Shown: piece after piece, positions 53,980 to 64,000 of the stretch
How positions within the stretch are numbered: the stretch's first letter is position 1
Layout of the letters: the number at the start of each line of letters is the position of its first letter
Source of the DNA: Methyloversatilis sp.
Lineage (GTDB): Bacteria > Pseudomonadota > Gammaproteobacteria > Burkholderiales > Rhodocyclaceae
Length of the DNA stretch: 64,000 nucleotides
Assembly (NCBI RefSeq): GCF_051861465.1
Contig: NZ_JBHYCQ010000007.1
Coordinates: forward strand, 140,321 to 204,320
Direction: 5' to 3'
Position numbers and translations under genes: made by a program
Notes under the pieces: model-generated
Database searches by the model: none
What the model was told of the DNA's origin: nothing
What the model saw: only the letters and a program-made list of their open reading frames with translations

Positions 53980-54076
53980 GTCACCTGACGATCAAGCGAT
54001 TGCAACGGGGATCCTCTAGCTTTGCGGCTCGGCAAGGTCACGCATCACGGATGCGGACCGGTTTGCCGAATGACAC
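53980..54076 (-). ncRNA. c-di-GMP-I (GEMM)-like riboswitch with an atypical P2
   Basis: Minus strand GUCA-UUC-GGCAAACC...GCCGCAAAGCUAGAGGAUC...GAUCGUCAGG-UGAC: the conserved blocks are in the right order and a P1 pairing (GUCA/UGAC) is present. Confidence 0.5.
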
Positions 54077-54117
54077 AGTCCCGCGACAGCGCGGGTCGCA
54101 CTGCACAAGGCCCCAGG

Positions 54118-54819
54118 ATGACACCCCGAGTTCTGCACCACGCTGCCAACGACACCCGCTTCCATCCGTTTCCGTTCGCCCGCCCGGCGCCCCGGCTGAC
54201 CCTGATCCAGCGCGCGTCTGCAGCGCCGACGGCATGTGCGCCCATCGCCCATCGCGCGCCTTTCGCCGACTTCGAATTCCCGCTCGCCGGCACTGAGGCT
54301 GATCTGGCCGCAGCCGCCACGCTGGTCGAGCGTTGCTATGGCCGGCGCGGTTATCCGGCGCAGCGGCCTGAATCGACCCACGGTGAAACGACCTTGCTGG
54401 CGCGCTGGGCCGGCCGCCTGGTGGGTACGGTGACGGTACGCTGCGGCGTGACGCAGCGCCTGCACGCCGAAACCGGCTTTGCGGAACACGTCGGCGCGTT
54501 GCGCGAACAGGGCTGCCGGCTGATCGAATACACGCGCTTTGCCATCGATCGTGATGCGCTGATGCATGCCGGACAGGACATCGATCTTGCGTTCGAATTG
54601 ATACGCCGTGCGCTGCGGCTGGGCCGCGTGTCGCTGGAGGCGACCGATGCCGTGATCGAGGTGAATCCGCGTCATGTGCGCTACTACCAGCGCGCATTCG
54701 GCTTCCGTGCGTTCGGGGCCGAACGCCGCTGCGAACGGGTCGGCGCGCCGGCACGGCTGCTGCATCTGAACCTGGTGGCGGCCGATTCCGCCAGCCGCCC
54801 CGGACTGGCACTGCACTGA
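54118..54819 (+). CDS. N-acyl amino acid synthase (FeeM-like GNAT; exosortase-associated acyltransferase type)
   Basis: Y.RRGY, E.TRFAID, IEVNPRHVRYYQR.FGF, RV.APA.LLHL. Confidence 0.85.
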   Translation: MTPRVLHHAANDTRFHPFPFARPAPRLTLIQRASAAPTACAPIAHRAPFADFEFPLAGTEADLAAAATLVERCYGRRGYPAQRPESTHGETTLLARWAGRLVGTVTVRCGVTQRLHAETGFAEHVGALREQGCRLIEYTRFAIDRDALMHAGQDIDLAFELIRRALRLGRVSLEATDAVIEVNPRHVRYYQRAFGFRAFGAERRCERVGAPARLLHLNLVAADSASRPGLALH

Positions 54820-54853
54820 GTCGCGCAGCCGACCGCACGCCGGAAAAGGACGG

Positions 54854-56782
54854 TCAGCGCAGCGGCAGGATTTCCGCCGCCACCGCCTCGCCCTGAACGC
54901 CCCGGAAGCCCAGTGCGTGCAGTGCAGGCAGCGTTTCGGCATGTTCCACCGCGACCGCGACCGGCAGGATGGACAGCGCGGAGGCGATGCCGGTCAGCGA
55001 GGACACGTAGGCGCCCGAATCCGGATTGAGCAGGGCTTCGCGCGTCAGCGTGACCGAGAACTTCACGTGTTGCGGCCGCAGGCGGCGCAACAGACTCAGT
55101 GCGTTGGCATGCAGGCCGAAGTGCTTGATGCCGATCGCCAGCCCGCGCGACTGCGCCAGCTGGGCAAACGCTTCTGCTGCGTCCGGGTCACCCAGCAGGG
55201 CGACTTCGGAAAACTCGAGGATGAAACTGCCGCGACGTGCGTCGTGCCGGTAACCGCCGACCCAGCGCAGGATGTCCGGATCGCCGAGCGCCGCGGCGCT
55301 CACATTCACCACCGTCGCCAGACCGTCGCGTCGCGCCTGCGCATGTTCGAGCGCGCGCATCAGACAGGCGCTGTCGAGCGCAGCCGATACGCGGGCTTCG
55401 CCGGCGTAGGTCATGTACTCGGCGGCGCGGATCAACCGGTCGCCGGCGTCGAGCGCGGCACGCAGCTCGACATGCAGCGCGCCGGCGACGCCGCTGGCAT
55501 CGAGCCCGCGTGTGGCCTGCGACGCGAAGGCGATGCGCCCCTGCCCGATCAGATCCCGCACGGTGCCGCGTACCGCACCGCCGGCCGATTCGATGTCCTG
55601 CGTGTGCGCCAGCGGAAACTCCTGCGTGTCGCCCGGCAGCCACAGGTGCAGCGCGCGGTCAGCCGCGGCCAGCCAGCGCGCGGCGTCACAGTCGCTGCCG
55701 CAATCGGCAGCGCCGCCGCGCCAGGCGTCGGGATCAGAGGTGCCGGCGGCACGCGCCAGCCCATTCAGCCGCGCGCGCAGTGCCGCAAGCACCTGCCGCG
55801 CCGGCGCTTCGGTGGTATCGACAAGCATCGCAAAACAGGCGCCTTCGACCCGACCGCACAGGCCGCCATTGGCAGCGTCACGGATGTAATTTGCGGATTC
55901 GGTCAGCAGATCATCAACCGTCTGCCGACCGTATTGATGATTCAGATCTTCAAGTCCGTCGATGCGCAGCAGCGCGAGCCAGCCGCCGCGCTGACCGGCT
56001 TCGATGCGGGCTTCGAGTGCCGCACGGAAGCCGCGACGGTTGGCCAGCCCGGTCAGTTCATCGACCAGCGCCTGGTCGCGGAAGCGTTCGGCGCGGGACG
56101 ATTCGGCGTCGAGCGCCTGTGCCAGCGCACCCAGCATGCGGTTGAAGGCGCCGACCAGCGGCTGCAGTTCGGTCGGCACGCGGGCTTCGTCGATCGGAAC
56201 GAATTTGCGCGAAGCGGCCGCCACGGCCGAGCGCTGCACGCGACGCAACGGCCTGAGTCCCCAGCGCAATGCAGCCAGACCGAGCGCACCGGCCGCCGCC
56301 AGCCCGCCGCCCATCCAGACCAGCAGTGTTTGCGCGACCGTCCACAACTGAAGGTAGGCCCAGTGCGGATGAGGTTCGACCAGCACGCTGCCGGCGATGC
56401 GCCAGCCGGCCATGATGTCGGCCGTCTGGGCGCCGGACGCCAGCGGCAGCAGGTCGACGAACCACTGCGGCGCGCCACCGGCAAGCCGGGCAGGCGCTTC
56501 GCGACTGGCCACGATGCGCTGCTGCGCGTCACGCACGGCGATGCGCCGCAGATAGCTCTGGTCGAACACCGGCTCGACCAGACTTTCGGCGTTCTGCAGC
56601 GACGGCTCGCCCCCGGCGGTCAGCGCGACGGTCAGCGACAGCGCGATCGATTGCGCCTGACTGGCCATCTGCGCCTCGACGCGATCGCGCGACACCCACA
56701 GCGCCGTCAGCAGTGCCGCGACGAAAGCCGCCACACCAACGCCGAGCAATGCCGCCAGCAGACGCACGCGCAGGCTGTTCAT
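54854..56782 (-). CDS. lapD: LapD-like c-di-GMP receptor (periplasmic - HAMP - degenerate GGDEF - degenerate EAL)
   Basis: N-terminal TM, GW...G...V.PHP..AY..LW, DELTGLANR; RVEGACF replaces GGDEF; no EAL motif; start overlaps the lapG stop. Confidence 0.85.
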   Translation of the reverse strand: MNSLRVRLLAALLGVGVAAFVAALLTALWVSRDRVEAQMASQAQSIALSLTVALTAGGEPSLQNAESLVEPVFDQSYLRRIAVRDAQQRIVASREAPARLAGGAPQWFVDLLPLASGAQTADIMAGWRIAGSVLVEPHPHWAYLQLWTVAQTLLVWMGGGLAAAGALGLAALRWGLRPLRRVQRSAVAAASRKFVPIDEARVPTELQPLVGAFNRMLGALAQALDAESSRAERFRDQALVDELTGLANRRGFRAALEARIEAGQRGGWLALLRIDGLEDLNHQYGRQTVDDLLTESANYIRDAANGGLCGRVEGACFAMLVDTTEAPARQVLAALRARLNGLARAAGTSDPDAWRGGAADCGSDCDAARWLAAADRALHLWLPGDTQEFPLAHTQDIESAGGAVRGTVRDLIGQGRIAFASQATRGLDASGVAGALHVELRAALDAGDRLIRAAEYMTYAGEARVSAALDSACLMRALEHAQARRDGLATVVNVSAAALGDPDILRWVGGYRHDARRGSFILEFSEVALLGDPDAAEAFAQLAQSRGLAIGIKHFGLHANALSLLRRLRPQHVKFSVTLTREALLNPDSGAYVSSLTGIASALSILPVAVAVEHAETLPALHALGFRGVQGEAVAAEILPLR

Positions 56783-57504
56783 CACTTCACCTCCGCACGC
56801 ACGCGGTCGAGCAGTTCGCGCCACTTGCGCAGTTGCTGTGGCGAACCCAGTTCGCGGTCGCCGCCGCCCTGCACCTTCCAGACGCGGTCATCGTTGAAGC
56901 TGTAGACCGGCGTCAGGTCGGGCCGCTCGCGCGCCGGCATGAAGCGCTTTTCGAGGTTGTCCATCACCCACGGCTCGGCGCCGGGGTCCGGGTAGTAGGC
57001 GAGCACCATGTGGTTTTCCAGCCGGCCCTCGCGCAGCAGACGCACGTAGGTGATGCGCAGCTTGTCGGCCGGCATGCCCAATTCGCGCAGCGCGAAGTAC
57101 TTGGCCAGTGCGTAGTCTTCGCAATCGCCGGCGGCGACCGCGGAGAATTCGACCGGCGTGGCCCAGTAGTCTTCCGATTTCCAGAGCACCGGATCGGTCA
57201 CGTAACGCGCGCGGTTGGCAATCTGGTTGATGCGCTCGACGCGCAGCGCCTCGTCGGCGATGTGGCTGGCGGCGTTGAGCGAGTCCGCCAGTTCGGCCAT
57301 GCGCGGCCCGGCCTTGCTGCCGAATCGCGCGTCCATGCGCTGTTGCAGCTCAGCGCGCACGGCCAGCAGATAACCCTGATAGGAGAAGGCGGCGGCCTGC
57401 GCCGCACCGACGGCCAAGACCGCCACGAGCGCGCACGCGACCCAGCCGCGCGCGCGAAGCAGGCGGCGGGGCAGCAATATCGACGGGTTTGTGGTGGCAG
57501 GCAT
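56782..57504 (-). CDS. lapG: LapG-like transglutaminase-like cysteine protease (C93)
   Basis: DYWATPVEF...GDCEDYALAKY...NHMVL...VMDNL; Cys-His-Asp triad intact. Confidence 0.92.
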   Translation of the reverse strand: MPATTNPSILLPRRLLRARGWVACALVAVLAVGAAQAAAFSYQGYLLAVRAELQQRMDARFGSKAGPRMAELADSLNAASHIADEALRVERINQIANRARYVTDPVLWKSEDYWATPVEFSAVAAGDCEDYALAKYFALRELGMPADKLRITYVRLLREGRLENHMVLAYYPDPGAEPWVMDNLEKRFMPARERPDLTPVYSFNDDRVWKVQGGGDRELGSPQQLRKWRELLDRVRAEVK

Positions 57505-57570
57505 CCGGGAACATCCAGGGACAGTTCTCCTTTAACGGTCGCAGGCCCGCCCGGCTTGACCCGGCGCGCG

Positions 57571-58266
57571 TCACCAGAACTGCCACTGGCCGGAATGGAT
57601 GACCCACAGACCGAGCAGCAGGTTGGTCACGCCGTGCGAAACGATGGACAGCCAGAGGCGTCCGGTGGCGCGATACAGCCCGCCATAGACGAGGCCGGCG
57701 ATGATGCCGGCCGCCCACTGGCCGTGCTCGAATCCGAACGCGATCGAACTGAACAGCACGCTGCGCAGCGTAACCGACTGTGCCAAGACGGTCAGGAAGT
57801 TCGGGCTGTCGAGCCAGCGCATGATGAAGGAACGCCAGAACAGCTCTTCCATGATGGGCACGACGACCGCGGCACCGAAAATGCGGATGACGACCAGCGT
57901 GATGATCAGCGCGCCGGCGTCGTCGAGCGGCCGGTACCCGTCGCCCGGCTTGAATGCGAACGGCGGGAAATCGAGCCAGATCCACAGCGCCCAGACCGCG
58001 ACGCCCAGCGCCACGGCGGCCAGCCACGCGGACACGCCGGACAGCGCTGACGGTGCAGCAGTCGCAGCGGGGCGCAGCTCGATGTAGTCGCGGCTGAACA
58101 CCGTCAGTGCAGCGAGCACGCAGGCGATCTGCAGCGCATACATCCAGCGCGCGTCGACGCCGAGCGCCCCGGCGAGCGGTGCGGCGATGATGAGGAACAG
58201 GATGTAGAGCGCGAACGGCAGGATGCGCGCCAGCGCGGCACGGCGCGGTGTGATCGTGGAACTCAT
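57571..58266 (-). CDS. CAAX prenyl protease-related protein (PEP-CTERM-associated type)
   Basis: ARILPFALY, VVPIMEELFWRSF, FGFEH, HGVTNLLLG. Confidence 0.88.
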   Translation of the reverse strand: MSSTITPRRAALARILPFALYILFLIIAAPLAGALGVDARWMYALQIACVLAALTVFSRDYIELRPAATAAPSALSGVSAWLAAVALGVAVWALWIWLDFPPFAFKPGDGYRPLDDAGALIITLVVIRIFGAAVVVPIMEELFWRSFIMRWLDSPNFLTVLAQSVTLRSVLFSSIAFGFEHGQWAAGIIAGLVYGGLYRATGRLWLSIVSHGVTNLLLGLWVIHSGQWQFW

Positions 58267-58372
58267 GTCGGAAGGATGACGCGACAGGCCTGTTTCGGGA
58301 CAGCGAATGATAAGGCCGCCGTGCGACAGACACATGGCAGCGCAGCACGGTCGGCCGATATCGGAACGTCGT

Positions 58373-59737
58373 TCAGTCGGCCGGGTGCCAGCGCGGCAAC
58401 CACCCGGCCTCGTCGGCCGCCGCAACGAAGGGCGGCGCGATGTCGCAACCGGGCATCCAGACCGGACGCCCGTCGACGCACACGATGGGGACGCGATCGC
58501 GCAACCAGGGCGGCAGGCCGCATTCCTGCGCGATCTGCTTGATGCCGGCACGCGGCCGTCCCGGACCCCGCGGCAGACGGTCGCCGGGCGCCCGGGCACG
58601 CACGGTGACATGCGCCTGCGCAACGACCGACGCTGCAAGCCCCTGCCCGCTGACCGGTTCGAAACGGATCTGCCCGGCACCCCATGCCTGCAGCGGCTCC
58701 CCCGACCACCTCCGCTCGGCAGGCGGATCGAAGTCGGGCATCAGCCACAGTGCGCCGCGATGGCTGATGCCCGCCACACCGGCGTGCGCCACCGGACAGG
58801 CCGAGGTGGCCTGCGCCACGGCGAGTTGACGGCGCCATTCGTCCAGCCAGGGTTCGTTGGGCAATGTGCGCGCGCCGTGCTGCCGAAGCAGCCAGCGCAG
58901 CAGATTGCGCTGGCGCGCGGCATCGAGCGCGATCAGCCCATCGAGTCGGTAGCAGTGGCCCCACTGCGTGGCCTCCGCGAGGGCTTCGGCGTCGCGCGCG
59001 GCAAGCTCGTCGAGCAGGGTCTGCGCTTCGGCCAGGCGTCGCGCGACCCCTGCCATCGATTCGGCGGCGCGCGGCCAGCGCGCAGCCAGCACGGGGAGCA
59101 CCTCGCGACGCAGGTAATTGCGTGCGTAGCGGGTGTCGGCATTGGATTCGTCGTCGATCCAGTTCAGGCCGTGTGCCTGTGCATGGGCTTCGAGCGCGCT
59201 GCGCGGCACGCCGAGCAGCGGCCGCAGCGTGGCGACGCGATCGTCATCGGCGGCGCGCCATGCGGGCATGCCGGCCAGCCCGAGCAGGCCGGCGCCGCGC
59301 ACCATGTTGTGCAGCAGCGTTTCCGCCTGATCGTCGGCATGGTGGGCGGTCAGCAGCGTGTCGAGGCCGCGGTCACGCGCATGCGCGTGCAGCGCCGCAT
59401 AGCGCGCGTCGCGCGCGGCACATTCGAGTCCGTCGGGCGAGACACGCGACACGTCGACACGCAGCACGCTGAACGGCAGATCGAGCACCTGGCACTGCGC
59501 GGCGCAGAAATCCGCCCAGCGATCCGCGTTCGGACTGAGGCCGTGGTGGACATGGGCACATTCGAGCCGCCAGCCGTGCTGCGCACGCAACAACGCCAAG
59601 CCGTGCAGCAGTACGGTTGAATCGAGTCCGCCGCTGTAGCCGAGTAACAGGCGGCTGCCGTCGGTGCACTGCGCCGCGAGCGCGGTGGCAATCGGGCCGG
59701 ACAGGTCAGGCGACGGCCTGCTCCTTGAATTTGCCAT
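58373..59737 (-). CDS. tilS: tRNA(Ile)-lysidine synthetase
   Basis: [32 protein letters not shown]. Confidence 0.95.
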   Translation of the reverse strand: MANSRSRPSPDLSGPIATALAAQCTDGSRLLLGYSGGLDSTVLLHGLALLRAQHGWRLECAHVHHGLSPNADRWADFCAAQCQVLDLPFSVLRVDVSRVSPDGLECAARDARYAALHAHARDRGLDTLLTAHHADDQAETLLHNMVRGAGLLGLAGMPAWRAADDDRVATLRPLLGVPRSALEAHAQAHGLNWIDDESNADTRYARNYLRREVLPVLAARWPRAAESMAGVARRLAEAQTLLDELAARDAEALAEATQWGHCYRLDGLIALDAARQRNLLRWLLRQHGARTLPNEPWLDEWRRQLAVAQATSACPVAHAGVAGISHRGALWLMPDFDPPAERRWSGEPLQAWGAGQIRFEPVSGQGLAASVVAQAHVTVRARAPGDRLPRGPGRPRAGIKQIAQECGLPPWLRDRVPIVCVDGRPVWMPGCDIAPPFVAAADEAGWLPRWHPAD

Positions 59738-60674
59738 AGGACATCAGTCGCTCGATGCGGCGCTCCACCAGCTGGGTCGGGGTGAGATCGGCAAGTTGCC
59801 GCTGCGCTTCGGCCAGTGCGCGCTTGAGCGACGCGGCAACCGTGGCGTGGTCGCGATGTCCGCCACCTGCGGGTTCGTTGACGACCTTGTCGATCAGCCC
59901 CAGGGTTTTCAGGCGCGACGCGGTGATGCCCATGATTTCTGCGGCGTCGGCCGCCTTGTCGGCGCTTTTCCACAGAATGGACGCACAGCCTTCCGGGGAA
60001 ATGACCGAATAGGTCGAGTACTGCAACATCAGCAAGGTGTCGGCCACGGCGATCGCCAGTGCGCCGCCCGAGCCCCCCTCGCCGATGATGGTGGCGATGA
60101 TGGGCACGCGCAGTTCGGCCATGGCATACAGGTTGTGGCCGATGGCTTCGGACTGGCCGCGCTCTTCGGCGTCGATGCCGGGGTAGGCGCCCGGCGTGTC
60201 GATGAAGGTGAACACCGGCATGCCGAATTTTTCGGCCAGCTTCATCAGGCGCAGCGCCTTGCGATAACCCTCGGGACGCGGCATGCCGAAGTTGCGGAGG
60301 ATCTTTTCCTTCGTGTCGCGCCCCTTCTGGTGACCGATCACCATGCAGGCGTGGCCGTTGAAGCGGGCGATGCCACCGACGATGGCGTGGTCATCGGCGA
60401 ACGAACGGTCACCATGCAGTTCCTGGAACTCGGTGAACATCAGGCGGAAGTAATCGAGCGAGTACGGACGCTGGGGATGGCGCGCCACCTGGGCGATCTG
60501 CCACGGCGTGAGCTTGGCGTAGATGTCCTTGGTGAGCGACTGGCTCTTTGCTTCCAGGCGGGCGATCTCTTCCGAGATATCGACCGCCGAATCGTCCTGC
60601 ACGAAACGCAACTCCTCGATTTTCGCCTCAAGTTCGGCGATCGGCTGTTCAAAATCGAGAAAGGTGGTTTTCAT
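59706..60674 (-). CDS. accA: Acetyl-CoA carboxylase carboxyltransferase alpha subunit
   Basis: [33 protein letters not shown]. Confidence 0.97.
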   Translation of the reverse strand: MKTTFLDFEQPIAELEAKIEELRFVQDDSAVDISEEIARLEAKSQSLTKDIYAKLTPWQIAQVARHPQRPYSLDYFRLMFTEFQELHGDRSFADDHAIVGGIARFNGHACMVIGHQKGRDTKEKILRNFGMPRPEGYRKALRLMKLAEKFGMPVFTFIDTPGAYPGIDAEERGQSEAIGHNLYAMAELRVPIIATIIGEGGSGGALAIAVADTLLMLQYSTYSVISPEGCASILWKSADKAADAAEIMGITASRLKTLGLIDKVVNEPAGGGHRDHATVAASLKRALAEAQRQLADLTPTQLVERRIERLMSYGKFKEQAVA

Positions 60675-60821
60675 CGGCGGAGGTGGCTGAAACGGAGAGG
60701 AACAGGATTTTACCGCGTACGCCGCCTGTTCGGTCGGCAATGCGCTTCCCGGAGCCAGGTGCTCGACAGAGGGGGATGCGGGGTGTCGCGAGCGCCACGC
60801 AACCGCGGCGCAGGAGGCGCT

Positions 60822-61259
60822 CTACTTGATGCGGCGCAGGTGCGAGCGGCCGACCGGCTTGTCCGGTGTGGTCAGCACGGGCTGCTCGCTGCGTTCGGAA
60901 GCCGCCGCCGGCGCCACGTCTGCGCGCACGGTCTGCCCCGGCGTGACTTCGAATGCCATGCCATGACCGTTCTCGCGCGCATAGATCGCCGCCACGCAGT
61001 CGACCGGGATGGTCAATTCCTGCGCGACACCGCCGAAACGGGCCGAGCAGGTGATCAATTCGTTGCCCATGACAAGTTGATGTACCGCTTCACGCCCGAT
61101 GTTCAGGATGATCTGGCCATCCTTCACGTACTGGCGCGGGACGCCCGCGCGCTCGTCGACGACGACCGCGATATAAGGCGTGAGCCCCTGGTCCGCACAC
61201 CAGTCGAACAGCGCACGGAGCAGATAGGGTTTGGTCGAAACGGAACTCATCACATCCAT
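60822..61259 (-). CDS. sspB: ClpXP specificity-enhancing factor SspB
   Basis: KPYLLRALFDW, IYARENGHGM.F, HLRRIK. Confidence 0.95.
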   Translation of the reverse strand: MDVMSSVSTKPYLLRALFDWCADQGLTPYIAVVVDERAGVPRQYVKDGQIILNIGREAVHQLVMGNELITCSARFGGVAQELTIPVDCVAAIYARENGHGMAFEVTPGQTVRADVAPAAASERSEQPVLTTPDKPVGRSHLRRIK

Positions 61260-61286
61260 GCAGTTTGAACGAAGACTCCTGACAGA

Positions 61287-61883
61287 CTAACGACGCATCA
61301 CTTTTTCGGAAGGCGTGAGCGCATCGATGAACCCTTGACGGGAAAAGATACGTTCAGCGTACTTCATCAGAGGCGCGGCAGACTTGGGAAGTTCGATACC
61401 GTAGTGATCAAGTCGCCATAGTAATGGAGCAATGGCAACGTCCAGCATGGAAAATTCCTCGCCCAGCATGTACTTCTGCTTGGCGAAGATCGCCGTTAGC
61501 TCGGTGAGACGATCACGCAAGTGCACGCGCGACTTGTCAGCCGTACGTGCGTTCTTTTCCAGCGGCTCGATGTGCGAGAACAGTTCGTTCTCGACCGTGT
61601 GCAGTAGCTGACGCGCGCGAGCCCGCATGATCGGGTCCGGCGGCATCAGTTGCGGGTGCGGAAAGCGCTCGTCGATGTATTCGTTGATGATATTGGAGTC
61701 GTACAGGATGAGGTCGCGATCAACCAGCACCGGCACGCGGTTGTATGGATTGATGACCGCAATGTCTTCAGGCTTGTTGTACAGGTCGACATCGATGACC
61801 TGGAAATCCATGCCTTTTTCGTAGAGGACAATACGGCAGCGATGGGAAAAGGGATCGGTGGTCCCCGAGTACAGATTCATCAT
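61287..61883 (-). CDS. sspA: Stringent starvation protein A
   Basis: MMNLYSGTTDPFSHRCRIVL, NPYNRVPVL, HPQLMP.DP. Confidence 0.95.
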   Translation of the reverse strand: MMNLYSGTTDPFSHRCRIVLYEKGMDFQVIDVDLYNKPEDIAVINPYNRVPVLVDRDLILYDSNIINEYIDERFPHPQLMPPDPIMRARARQLLHTVENELFSHIEPLEKNARTADKSRVHLRDRLTELTAIFAKQKYMLGEEFSMLDVAIAPLLWRLDHYGIELPKSAAPLMKYAERIFSRQGFIDALTPSEKVMRR

Positions 61884-61989
61884 CGTGTTGACACCCCAGG
61901 AGTACTCGGCATCCCGCACCACGCGACGTACGCGTGATGGGGTCGCTTCGCGATGACCGAGAGCTTGCATGACTTTCGGGCGTATTTGA

Positions 61990-62748
61990 TTAATGGACGT
62001 CTTTCCAGTACTCGCGCTTGAGCAGGTATGCCAGCGTGAGCAGGACGGAAAGACCGAGGATGACGAGCAGGCCGGTCTGGCGACGCTTTTCGGCACCGGG
62101 TTCGGCCATGAAAACAAGGTAGGCAACCAGATCGCCGATCGCCGAATCGTACTCGGTCTTGCTGAGTTTGCCCGGCTTCGTGAGTTCGATCTGCAGCGAA
62201 TCGACTTCGCCGCCGTGACCATCGGACACCTTCACGTGCTTCGCAGTCTGCTCGCCCTGCAGTTCGTACAGGACGTGCGGCATGCCGACGTTGGCGAAGG
62301 CCGTGTTGTTCCAGCCGGTCGGGCGGGCGTCGTCGCGGTAGAAGCCGCGCAGGTAGGTGTACAGCCAGTCTGCGCCACTGCCATCACCCGAAGCGCGCGA
62401 ACGTGCGACCACGCTCAGGTCGGGCGGTGCTGCACCGAACCACTTGATGCCGTCGGCGCGCGTCATGCCGACGCGCATCGTTTCACCGACCTTGTCCGCG
62501 GCGAACAGCAGGTTGTCCTTGATCTGCTCGTCTGTCAGACCGACGTCGTTCAGGCGGTTGTAGCGCATGTACGAGGCCGAGTGGCAGTTCAGGCAGTAAT
62601 TGACGAACATCTGCGCGCCGCGCTGGATCGCGAGGGCATCACGGAATTTCTCGGTCGGTGCGCGATCGAGCTGTACGTGGCCGCCTGCGGCCATCGCAAC
62701 CAAGGGGGCGAACAGGGCGCCCAGAAACAGGTTTTTGAGTTGTTTCAT
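61990..62748 (-). CDS. petC: Ubiquinol-cytochrome c reductase cytochrome c1
   Basis: FVNYCLNCHS, PPDLS, MPHVL; C-terminal TM. Confidence 0.96.
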   Translation of the reverse strand: MKQLKNLFLGALFAPLVAMAAGGHVQLDRAPTEKFRDALAIQRGAQMFVNYCLNCHSASYMRYNRLNDVGLTDEQIKDNLLFAADKVGETMRVGMTRADGIKWFGAAPPDLSVVARSRASGDGSGADWLYTYLRGFYRDDARPTGWNNTAFANVGMPHVLYELQGEQTAKHVKVSDGHGGEVDSLQIELTKPGKLSKTEYDSAIGDLVAYLVFMAEPGAEKRRQTGLLVILGLSVLLTLAYLLKREYWKDVH

Positions 62749-62762
62749 GATCTGTCTGGCTT

Positions 62763-64000
62763 TCAGTGTCCGGTCACGCGATCAGGTACGGGCTTCGTCT
62801 TGTCGATCGCGGTGTACCAGGGCATCGCGATGAAGAAAAGGAAGTAGATGATCGTGCAGATCTGCGACACCAGCGTGCCCATCGGCGTCGGTGCCTGCAC
62901 GCCCAGATAACCCAGGATCAGGAAGGCAATGATGAAGATGGTCAGCGCTGCCTTGTAGATCGGACCGCGATAGCGGATCGACTTCACCGGCGAGCGATCG
63001 AGCCAGGGCAGCAGGAAGAAGATCATCACGGACAGGCCCATGAAGATCACGCCCCACAACTTCGCATCGACCCAGAAGAAATTCACCGTGTTGGCGCGCA
63101 GGATCGAATAGAACGGCGTGAAGTACCAGACGGGCGCAATGTGCGACGGTGTCTTCAGCGGGTCGGCCGGAATGAAGTTGTTGTATTCCAGGAAGTAGCC
63201 GCCGAACTCGGGCGCGAAGAACACGACCGCAGAGAAGCAGATCAGGAAGACCACGACACCGACGATGTCCTTCACCGTGTAGTACGGGTGGAACGGAATG
63301 CCGTCGAGCGGAATGCCTGTCTTGGGGTCCTTGTGCTTCTTGATGTCCACACCATCCGGGTTGTTCGAACCGACTTCGTGCAGCGCAATGATGTGCGCGG
63401 CAACGAGACCGATCAGCACCAGCGGCACGGCGATCACATGGAACGAGAAGAAGCGGTTCAGCGTCGCATCACCGATCACGTAGTCGCCACGCAGCCAGAT
63501 CGACAGGTCGTTGCCGATGACCGGGATGGCCGAGAACAGGTTGATGATGACCTGGGCGCCCCAGTACGACATCTGTCCCCAAGGCAGCAGGTAGCCCATG
63601 AAGGCCTCTGCCATCAGCAGCAGGAAGATGGCGCAACCGAAGATCCACACCAGTTCGCGCGGCTTGCGGTACGAGCCATACATCAGCCCGCGGAACATGT
63701 GCAGGTAGACCACGACGAAGAACGCCGAAGCACCGGTCGAGTGCATGTAGCGGATCATCCAGCCCCATGGCACGTCGCGCATGATGTATTCGACACTGGC
63801 GAAGGCGACCGGAACACCCGACGCATTCAGTGACGCGTCCGGTTTGAAGTGCATCACCAGGAAGATGCCCGTGACGACCTGGATCACCAGCACGAGCAGT
63901 GCGAGCGAACCGAAGAAGTACCAGAAGTTGAAGTTTTTCGGCGCGTAGTACTCCGCCAGATGTTCCTTGTACATCGACGTCAGCGGGAAACGCTGGTCGA
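62763..64000 (-). CDS. petB: Ubiquinol-cytochrome c reductase cytochrome b (start beyond the window end)
   Basis: NFWYFFGS, RYMHSTGAS, LPWGQMSYWG, PVWYF. Confidence 0.97.
   Translation of the reverse strand, partial: DQRFPLTSMYKEHLAEYYAPKNFNFWYFFGSLALLVLVIQVVTGIFLVMHFKPDASLNASGVPVAFASVEYIMRDVPWGWMIRYMHSTGASAFFVVVYLHMFRGLMYGSYRKPRELVWIFGCAIFLLLMAEAFMGYLLPWGQMSYWGAQVIINLFSAIPVIGNDLSIWLRGDYVIGDATLNRFFSFHVIAVPLVLIGLVAAHIIALHEVGSNNPDGVDIKKHKDPKTGIPLDGIPFHPYYTVKDIVGVVVFLICFSAVVFFAPEFGGYFLEYNNFIPADPLKTPSHIAPVWYFTPFYSILRANTVNFFWVDAKLWGVIFMGLSVMIFFLLPWLDRSPVKSIRYRGPIYKAALTIFIIAFLILGYLGVQAPTPMGTLVSQICTIIYFLFFIAMPWYTAIDKTKPVPDRVTGH

Noticed and set aside
1-64000. tRNA, rRNA, CRISPR-cas, integrase, prophage or nif structural genes
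   Set aside because: None recognised on either strand; the RAYT is the only transposase-like gene seen.

Overview
High-GC betaproteobacterial chromosome segment. A Rhodocyclales/Sterolibacteriaceae, Methyloversatilis-like source is inferred from gene content only. Housekeeping genes bound the window: serS (5' part) on the left, and tilS, accA, sspB, sspA, petC and petB on the right. Between them lie a DJ-1 + cyanate ABC transporter + cynS operon, a MerR-controlled flavodoxin/DUF2938 unit, four PEP-CTERM proteins (two with a shared 17-bp enhancer plus a sigma54 promoter), DUF1800-DUF1501, an AAA/DUF2201-vWA/membrane triad, a membrane-anchored Mrr-like nuclease, phoD, an M61 peptidase, two BON proteins, an alpha-2-macroglobulin, and an N-acyl-amino-acid synthase/LapD/LapG/CAAX-protease cluster. 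A REP-associated tyrosine transposase (RAYT) sits inside GTAG REP arrays, and GTGG REP doublets occur at four other sites. The 38-47 kb segment is a decaying plasticity zone: low-GC cassette-like genes with a half-eroded attC, three pseudogenes or gene fragments, a RES-Xre toxin-antitoxin pair and an FeSII(Shethna II)-rubrerythrin fusion. The least-explained signals are (1) a structured 71-bp element inserted into REPs of two different classes, (2) polar ladders of truncated REP heads, (3) a c-di-GMP-I-like riboswitch with no sense gene downstream, and (4) the FeSII-rubrerythrin fusion with a sigma54 promoter and a lost Fe-S ligand. All family assignments are from motif recognition by eye; no searches were run.
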